Part shown: positions 57,854 to 64,000 of the stretch, one piece after another
Layout of the letters: each line of letters begins with the position of its first letter
How positions within the stretch are numbered: position 1 is the stretch's first letter
Source of the DNA: Pseudonocardiaceae bacterium
GTDB lineage: Bacteria; Actinomycetota; Actinomycetes; Mycobacteriales; Pseudonocardiaceae
NCBI GenBank assembly: GCA_036494465.1
Contig: DASXOJ010000147.1
Location: forward strand, 22,955-86,954
Reading direction: 5' to 3'
Length of the DNA: 64,000 nucleotides
Program-made: the position numbers and the translations under genes
Notes under the pieces: generated by a model
Told to the model about the DNA's origin: nothing
What the model saw: the letters and a program-made list of their open reading frames with translations, nothing else
The model's database searches: none

Positions 57854-59175
57854 ACGACACCGCCCTCGGCCGGTCGGGTCAGCCGCAACTCGGCGACCCG
57901 GTGCCGGTCCATGCCCATGACGGTGATCCGCCAACCGTCCACTCGAACCTCATCGCCCACGTCCGGGATGCGACCCAGGTGCGCCACGACCATGCCGGCC
58001 AGGGTTTCGTACTCGCCCTCGGGCATCTCGAACCCGGTCGCTTCCTCGACCTCGTCGTCGCGCAACAGTCCGGAGACCATCCAGTTGTTCGGTCCGAGCG
58101 GGCGCACCGGCGCGGTCTCCCGCCGGTCGTGCTCGTCGCGCACGTCACCGACGATCTCCTCGATCAGGTCTTCCAACGTGACCAGGCCAGCGGTGCCGCC
58201 GTACTCGTCGACCACGATCGCGCACTGCAACCCGGACGCGCGCACCCGATCCAGCAGCGCGTCCGCGGGCAGCGTTTCGGGCACCGTCGGCACCGGACGC
58301 AGCAGCGCGGACACCCTGGTCGTCGCGCGTTCCGCGATCGGCACACCGAAGGTCTGCTTGACGTGCACCATGCCGCGCACGTTGTCGAGGTCGTCGTCGT
58401 GCACCGGGAAGCGGGAGAACCCGGTCTGCCTGCTGGCCTCGATCAGGTCGAGCACGGTCGCGTCCGACTTCAACGACTCGACCTGTACCCGGGGCGTCAT
58501 CAGCTCTTCCGCGTCGCGATCGCCGAAGCGCAGCGACCGGTCCAGCAGCGTCGCGGTGCCCGGGTCGAGCGTGCCCTGCTGGGCACTGGAGCGCACCAGC
58601 GAGCCCAGTTCTTCCGGCGAACGCGCGGAGCGCAGTTCCTCGGCAGGCTCGACGCCGAGCCTGCGCACCACCCAGTTCGCCGACCCGTTCAGCGCGTTGA
58701 TCAGCCAGCCGAACACCACCGAGAACCAGGTCTGGAACCCGGCGACCGCGCGCGCCGTGGCCAGCGCTCGCGCGATGGCGAGGTTCTTCGGCACGAGCTC
58801 GCCGAACACCACCGACAACGTGGTGGCCAGCAGCAGCGCGATCACGTAGCCGATCACTTCGGCGACGCTCTGCGACAGCCCGATCTTCGCCAGCACCGGT
58901 TCCAGCAACCCGGCGATGGCGGGCTCGGCGAGATAACCGACGGCCAGCGTGGTCAACGTGATGCCCAGCTGCGCGCCGGACAGCTGGAACGACAACGCTC
59001 CGTGGGCCTTCGCGACCTGCTTGGCGCGCCGGTCGCCGACCTGCCGGACGTGCGTGTCGACCTGGAGTTTCTCCAGGGTGGTCAGCGAGTACTCGGCCGC
59101 GACGAAGACGGCGGCGGCCGCGGTCAACACGATGACGAGTACGACTTCGAGGGCGTCGAGCACGGTCCCGGTCAC
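57850..59175 (-). CDS. CNNM/DUF21 + CBS + CorC_HlyC protein, Rv1842c-like
   Basis: FVAAEYSL, QLGITL, GELVPK, MTPR, VDEYGGTAGLVTLEDLIEEIVG, YETLAG. Confidence 0.92.
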   Translation of the reverse strand: MTGTVLDALEVVLVIVLTAAAAVFVAAEYSLTTLEKLQVDTHVRQVGDRRAKQVAKAHGALSFQLSGAQLGITLTTLAVGYLAEPAIAGLLEPVLAKIGLSQSVAEVIGYVIALLLATTLSVVFGELVPKNLAIARALATARAVAGFQTWFSVVFGWLINALNGSANWVVRRLGVEPAEELRSARSPEELGSLVRSSAQQGTLDPGTATLLDRSLRFGDRDAEELMTPRVQVESLKSDATVLDLIEASRQTGFSRFPVHDDDLDNVRGMVHVKQTFGVPIAERATTRVSALLRPVPTVPETLPADALLDRVRASGLQCAIVVDEYGGTAGLVTLEDLIEEIVGDVRDEHDRRETAPVRPLGPNNWMVSGLLRDDEVEEATGFEMPEGEYETLAGMVVAHLGRIPDVGDEVRVDGWRITVMGMDRHRVAELRLTRPAEGGVV

Positions 59176-59404
59176 CGCGACACCCCCAGTGCGCGGTGAT
59201 CCGGGTTTGGATGGCAACCAGGACTGGTGTCGCCAGGGCCTGATGTTGATTCAACACAGCGCCCCGGCTGACTACTGCCAGGTGTGGGTGCGTCGCGCAC
59301 CGAGGAACTCACTCCCCAAGAAAACTAAGCTCGGATTGAATGACCCCGAGCATAGTTGTTCGCGTCGCTGGTTGCCGCGATCTCCACCCCAAACCGGGTC
59401 TGTG

Positions 59405-60271
59405 TCACCTCGTCGAGGAGACCAGCACGCTGTACGGCGCCCCGCCGAAGGCCGGATCGAGCACCCGAGGCACCTTCCGGCCGTATTCGACGGCGAGCCC
59501 GGCCGGATCCGATGCGCACGCCCGCCAGCCTTCCCCGGTCAGCCACTCGGCAGGTTCGGCGGCGAGATCGCCAGGCCAGAGCCGCTTCGGCGCGGCGTCG
59601 ATGCCCTGCGCGGCTTCGGCGAACATCGGCAGTTCGCTCAGATCCATCCGGACATGCTCGGTCGCCAGCCTGCTGCCCTCGGCCGATGCCGCGGTGAGCT
59701 CGCGAAGCAGCCGCTGGGCACCGTCGTCGCCGAGATAGGGCAGCAGTCCCTCGACCGACCAGGCGATCGGCTCGTCGGTGCGTAACCCGGCGGCGCGCAG
59801 CGGCGGCAGCCAGTCCTCGCGCAGATCCGCGCCGACGGTGACGCGCTCGCAGGTCGGCTGTTGCCCGGACGCGTCCAGCACGCGTTGCTTGAACCGCAGC
59901 ATCACCGGCTGGTCGACCTCGAACGCGGTAGTGCCCACAGGCCAGCCGAGCCGGTAGGCCCGCGCGTCCAGCCCGGCCGCCAGGATCACCATCTGACGCA
60001 CACCCGCCTTCGCGGCTTCGGCGAAGTAGTCGTCGAAGAAACGAGTGCGGATCGCGATGAAGTCGGCGAGCAGGTGCAGAAAACCATCCTGCTCGGGTCC
60101 GTCGATCGGCGGGATCTCGGTCGGTGCGTGTGGCGCGACCGCGGCGACGAACTCCGCGGCCAGCGGGTCGTCGAACAACCGGTCGGCGCGCACGCTCTCC
60201 CTGGCCCGCGTCCAGGCCACTCCGAACGCGGTCCAGCCGACCGCGTTGATCTCCTCAGCCAGGTCAGTCAC
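59405..60271 (-). CDS. SAM-dependent methyltransferase (LCM/TIGR00027-like)
   Basis: LFDDPLA, RTRFFD, VILAAGLDARAYRL, EVDQP, DLREDW, EGLLPYL; TACTGT -10 lies 6 nt upstream (leaderless). Confidence 0.9.
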   Translation of the reverse strand: MTDLAEEINAVGWTAFGVAWTRARESVRADRLFDDPLAAEFVAAVAPHAPTEIPPIDGPEQDGFLHLLADFIAIRTRFFDDYFAEAAKAGVRQMVILAAGLDARAYRLGWPVGTTAFEVDQPVMLRFKQRVLDASGQQPTCERVTVGADLREDWLPPLRAAGLRTDEPIAWSVEGLLPYLGDDGAQRLLRELTAASAEGSRLATEHVRMDLSELPMFAEAAQGIDAAPKRLWPGDLAAEPAEWLTGEGWRACASDPAGLAVEYGRKVPRVLDPAFGGAPYSVLVSSTR

Positions 60272-60300
60272 GCGCGAACAGTATCAAGGACGCAAATCGG

Positions 60301-61614
60301 TCAAGCTGGCACCGAGCGCACCGCGCGTCCTGAATCGACAGAGCCCCGTACCGGGAGGTGCAGCACTCCGTTGATGTTGCGGGAATGCCGCCTTCGTGGC
60401 CGCCCCGCCAATGCCAGGTTCGGGTACCGCGTGAACAACGCGCGCAACGCGGTCGCCGCCTCGATCCGGGCCAGTCCCGCACCGAGGCAGTAGTGCACGC
60501 CTGCCGAGAAGGCCAGGTGGTCGCGGTTGTTCGGCCGGGTCGGGTCGAACCGGTCCGGGTCGGCGAACACCGAGGGGTCGCGGTTCGCGCCGGCCAGCAA
60601 CAACAGGATCGGCTCGTCCCGTTTGAAGTCCACCCCGGCCACGGTCACCGGCTCGTGCGCCAGTCGCATGGTGAACTGCACCGGCGGATCGTGCCGCAGC
60701 ACCTCTTCGACCAGGTCGTCCGCGCGATCCGGGTTGGCAACGAACCAGGCCAGCGCGTCCGGGTTGCGCAGCAGCGCGAGCACCGCGTTGCCGATCAGGT
60801 TGACGGTGGTCTCGAAGCCCGCGACGAGCAGCAGTTCGGTGCTGGCCAGCAGATCCGCGTGCAACACCTCAGGTTCGGTGTCGGCGGCCGCGACCAGTTC
60901 GCTGATCAGGTCGTCGCCGGGTTCGGCCCGGCGGCGTTCGATCAACGTGGTGAAGTACTCGGACATCTCCTCCAGGGCGGTGCTGAGCCGCTGGTACTCG
61001 TCGACGGTGCGCACGTCGTCCAGGGAAGCGCCGAGGATGGCGCCCCACGGCAGGAACTTCGGGTACTCATCGCCCGGTACGCCGAGCAGGTCGCAGATGA
61101 CCTGGACCGGTACCCGCACCGCGAAGCCGTCGATCAGGTCGAATTCCTCGCGGTCGCCGAGTTCGTCCAGGAACCCGTCGACCACGCTTTCGATCCGGTC
61201 GCCGCGAGCGCGCAGCGCCTTCGGGCTGAACCAGGGTGCGACCATCTTGCGCAGCCGGGTGTGTGTCGGCGGGTCGAGCGACAGGAACGAGTCCTCGATC
61301 GGGTGCACCGCCCTGCGCGCGCCGAGACCGCTCTGGAACGACTGCCGCGCGATGTCGTCCGCGGTGCGTACCCCGAACCGTTGATCGCGCAGGATCGAGT
61401 TGACCACCGAATGCGACGCCGACGAATACATCTGCAGCCGGCTCCTGCTGATCTCGCCCTTGGCCCGCACCCGGTCGTAGAGTCGGTAGGGCACGGTCTT
61501 GGGGCGGCGCGCCAGCACGGCAGCGCTCGGATCGCCGAGCAGGGCGTGGCCGCGCAGGATCGAACGGAACATCAGCAGACCGAAGCGGAGCCGGGCTCCC
61601 ACGGGTTGGGCCAT
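60301..61614 (-). CDS. Cytochrome P450
   Basis: I-helix AGFETT, ExxR (EEVLR), heme motif FSAGVHYCLG. Confidence 0.95.
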   Translation of the reverse strand: MAQPVGARLRFGLLMFRSILRGHALLGDPSAAVLARRPKTVPYRLYDRVRAKGEISRSRLQMYSSASHSVVNSILRDQRFGVRTADDIARQSFQSGLGARRAVHPIEDSFLSLDPPTHTRLRKMVAPWFSPKALRARGDRIESVVDGFLDELGDREEFDLIDGFAVRVPVQVICDLLGVPGDEYPKFLPWGAILGASLDDVRTVDEYQRLSTALEEMSEYFTTLIERRRAEPGDDLISELVAAADTEPEVLHADLLASTELLLVAGFETTVNLIGNAVLALLRNPDALAWFVANPDRADDLVEEVLRHDPPVQFTMRLAHEPVTVAGVDFKRDEPILLLLAGANRDPSVFADPDRFDPTRPNNRDHLAFSAGVHYCLGAGLARIEAATALRALFTRYPNLALAGRPRRRHSRNINGVLHLPVRGSVDSGRAVRSVPA

Positions 61615-61706
61615 CAGTCGACCTCCGGCGGCTTGACGAGACAGTGGCGATGGTCAAGAATCTTACTGACTAAACTAGATGAAACATTAGTGTCCGAGGA
61701 GCTCCC

Positions 61707-62303
61707 GTGCCATCCCCGTCCGATTCTGCGCTGCCCGAGCCGTCGCGTGATGTGTCCGTGCTGCGCATTTCCGACGCCGACCGCGAGCAGGCCGTTGCCG
61801 TGTTGAACGAGGCGGTGGCCGACGGCCGGTTGACCTGGGAAGAACACGCCGAGCGAGTCGACCTGGCGCTCAAGGCCCGCACCAGGGCAGAGCTCGCGCC
61901 CTACCTCGTCGATCTGGGCAAAGCGGCGGTCGCGAAGCGCAACGTCGGCGAGCCGCAGCTCGTGGTCGCGCGCGGCAGCAAGATCATCCGCTCGCCCGAA
62001 CCGGGTCGCCGTGTGGTGGCCCGCGCCCTGTTCGGCGCCGTCTACCTCAAGCTGACCGAGCTCGAACCCGGCACCGAGACCGAAGTGGACGCGTCGTCGT
62101 TCTGCGGCAAGGTCGTGCTGATCGTCGGCGAGGACACCACCGTGATCGACGATGGCCAGGCCGTGCTCGGCAAGCGCAAGATCCTCACCGAGGTACCGTC
62201 CGGGGACGGCCCGATCATCCGGATCACCGGTCGCAGCACACTGGGTCATCTCAAGGTCGTCCAGGAAGGCTCGGACTGGTGGGGTCACTGGCACGCGCGC
62301 TGA
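61707..62303 (+). CDS. DUF1707 domain protein
   Basis: LRISDADREQAVAVL...GRLT..EH.ERV....ARTRAEL; C-terminal LiaF-like beta region. Confidence 0.85.
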   Translation: MPSPSDSALPEPSRDVSVLRISDADREQAVAVLNEAVADGRLTWEEHAERVDLALKARTRAELAPYLVDLGKAAVAKRNVGEPQLVVARGSKIIRSPEPGRRVVARALFGAVYLKLTELEPGTETEVDASSFCGKVVLIVGEDTTVIDDGQAVLGKRKILTEVPSGDGPIIRITGRSTLGHLKVVQEGSDWWGHWHAR

Positions 62304-63489
62304 CCCGCTGATGCGTGCTCGGCCCGCCGACCAGCCAGCCGAGTCCGGCAGCCACCAGTTGCATCACCGCGACCACCACGATCACCTTGCCCGCGCCGAG
62401 CCCCGGCGCGAGCACGCCACCCAGTACGGATCCGAGCGCGAACGCGCCGATCTTGAGGCTCGCCCCGGTCGTGCTCACCTGGCTGAGCAGGCCGGGCGGC
62501 GAGTACTGCTGCCGAGCCGCGAACAGTGCGGGCAGCGTCGGCCCGGACGCGATTCCGGCCAGCAGCAACAGCGGCAACGCGACCAGCAGCGACGACGCCA
62601 ACGGCCAGCTGAGCATCATCAGGCCGAATGCCGCCGTGGTGATCAGCACCCGCCGCTCCGGTCGCCGGGTGTCCTTGCGGGCCATGGTCAACGTGCTGAC
62701 CAGACAACCAACTTCCAATGCGGTCCACAGGTAGCCGCTGTACGTCGGCTGCCCGCCGACCCGCGCCGCGTACAGCGGCAACACCACCGCGAGCATGCCG
62801 ACCGAGCCCCAGCCGACCGCGCTGGTCAACGTCGCCGCGCGCAGCGGCGGCTCGCTCACCACCTGACGCAGCCCGGCGCGTACGGCAGCCGCGATGCCGA
62901 CCGGCCGATCGCCGGTGCGCGGCGCACCGGGCGGAATGGTCAACGCGGCAGCGGCGCCCAGGGTCGCGATACCGCATACGGCTAGCAGCGCCTGCGCGGG
63001 TCCGATGGTCGCGGCCAGCGCACCGGCCAGCGCCGGTCCGCCGATGCTGCTCAGGTTGAAAGTGGTTGCGTCCATCCGGTTCAGCTTGTTGAGCGCGGCA
63101 CCCGGCGACGCCGACCCCGGCGCAAGACTCGGCACCAGACTGGTGAAACCACCGGTCGTTCCCGGCACCACGACACCGCCCAGTGCGGCCAGCACCACCG
63201 GCACCACGATCGGCGTGCGCCCCACGGTGAGCACCAGCGCGAGCGCGCTCACCGCCACCACCAACTGGCCGGCGGCAAGCGCCCGAGCCCGGTGCCGCAG
63301 CCTGCCCAGCCAGGCGCCGAACACCGGCCCGGAAACCAGCGACGGCAGCGTCCACGCGCCCGTGACCAGGCCGACCTCCTGCGGATGCCCGGTGCGCAAC
63401 AACACCAGCAACACCAGACCGGGCGTGAGCATCTCGTCGGCCAATCGGGCCAGCGTCGCGGCCGTGCAGTACCGGCCAAGCATGCCCAT
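62251..63489 (-). CDS. MFS transporter (12 TM)
   Basis: About 12 hydrophobic segments starting at MGMLGRY; divergent from the CGNR gene. Confidence 0.85.
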   Translation of the reverse strand: MGMLGRYCTAATLARLADEMLTPGLVLLVLLRTGHPQEVGLVTGAWTLPSLVSGPVFGAWLGRLRHRARALAAGQLVVAVSALALVLTVGRTPIVVPVVLAALGGVVVPGTTGGFTSLVPSLAPGSASPGAALNKLNRMDATTFNLSSIGGPALAGALAATIGPAQALLAVCGIATLGAAAALTIPPGAPRTGDRPVGIAAAVRAGLRQVVSEPPLRAATLTSAVGWGSVGMLAVVLPLYAARVGGQPTYSGYLWTALEVGCLVSTLTMARKDTRRPERRVLITTAAFGLMMLSWPLASSLLVALPLLLLAGIASGPTLPALFAARQQYSPPGLLSQVSTTGASLKIGAFALGSVLGGVLAPGLGAGKVIVVVAVMQLVAAGLGWLVGGPSTHQRVSARASDPTSPSLPGRP

Positions 63490-63507
63490 CACACACCTGC
63501 CCCTGCT

Positions 63508-63538
63508 TGTAACGGCTTTAGCGAAGATAGCCGTTACA
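63508..63538. promoter_or_regulatory. 10-bp-arm inverted repeat between the divergent MFS and CGNR genes
   Basis: tgtaacggct-N11-agccgttaca. Confidence 0.55.
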
Positions 63539-63577
63539 GTGCACATGTACATAGTGATTTCGTGGAGGTTGGAGCGC

Positions 63578-64000
63578 ATGGCGAGGTCGATCCGGGACCC
63601 GAAACGGTTCGTCCATCTGGCCGTCGACCTGGTGAACACCGCCCGCGACGGCCACGACTTCATGGTCACGCCGTACGACCTGCATGCGTTCCTGCTCGAA
63701 TCCGGCGAACCGGAACCGTTCGACGTCAACGGGACCGACGTGGCCGAGGTGCTCGAACTGCGCGGGCGGCTGCGCAGGGTCTTCATGGCATCGTCCGAGG
63801 ACAAAGCGGCCAAGGTGCTCAACGAGGTGCTGCACGAGTCGGCGACCGCGCCCTACCTGTCCCGGCACGACGAGGTCGGCTGGCACCTGCACGTGGCCAA
63901 ACCGGACGCGGAGTGGGCCGAGTGGCTCTCCGCGCTGACCGCGACCGGCCTCGCCGAACTGGTCAGTGGTGGCGGCTTCGACCGGATGCGGGTCTGCGCC
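63578..64000 (+). CDS. ABATE/CGNR zinc-finger regulator; 3' end lies outside the window
   Basis: Hand translation: AVDLVNT...LRGRLRRVF...LNEVL...PYLSRHD..GWHLH...GLAELV...RMRVCA. Confidence 0.85.
   Translation, partial: MARSIRDPKRFVHLAVDLVNTARDGHDFMVTPYDLHAFLLESGEPEPFDVNGTDVAEVLELRGRLRRVFMASSEDKAAKVLNEVLHESATAPYLSRHDEVGWHLHVAKPDAEWAEWLSALTATGLAELVSGGGFDRMRVCA

Noticed and set aside
56789-59175. Hemolysin toxins
   Set aside because: The motifs are CNNM/CBS (CorB/CorC-type Mg/Co homeostasis); the hemolysin name is historical.
62251-62303. 53-nt convergent overlap of DUF1707 and MFS as a regulatory antisense system
   Set aside because: It is explained by a low-complexity MFS tail in stop-poor DNA; nothing else supports a function.

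Overview
High-GC actinomycete chromosome segment; the gene content suggests Pseudonocardiaceae (inference). No rRNA, tRNA, CRISPR array, integrase or transposase was recognised. Left to right: a truncated AfsR/SARP (BTAD-NB-ARC) regulator; ribokinase plus nucleoside hydrolase; an EamA transporter; a complete group 1h (group 5, high-affinity, atmospheric-H2) [NiFe]-hydrogenase locus (SIS, HypC-like, SIS, hhyS, hhyL, NifU/Rieske-like protein, three conserved accessory proteins, endopeptidase, a 35-aa sORF, hypCDEAB, an NfeD/flotillin pair, convergent hypF); a secreted GH15 glucodextranase; TetR; two tandem GNATs; XRE/map; a two-component system; a SAM methyltransferase; an HTH plus Clp-N pair resembling a split ClpC2; dienelactone hydrolase; TetR/MFS; an MprF-like DUF2156 protein; a MarR-MFS-YceI-MFS block whose last three proteins share seven beta-sandwich repeats; the conserved pgsA2-gcvH-garA-ftsR-nuclease-(inserted bulb lectin)-MerR-glycine riboswitch-gcvP block; several hypotheticals; two CNNM/CBS proteins; a methyltransferase; P450; DUF1707; an MFS and a truncated CGNR regulator. 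The best candidates for undescribed systems are (1) the MFS/YceI shared-repeat module, (2) the two GmhA-like SIS proteins with reciprocally lost active-site residues flanking an atypical HypC, and (3) the split ClpC2-like operon with twin operators. Many starts were re-picked by hand from RBS and overlap evidence. Family assignments come from recognised motifs; no database search was run.
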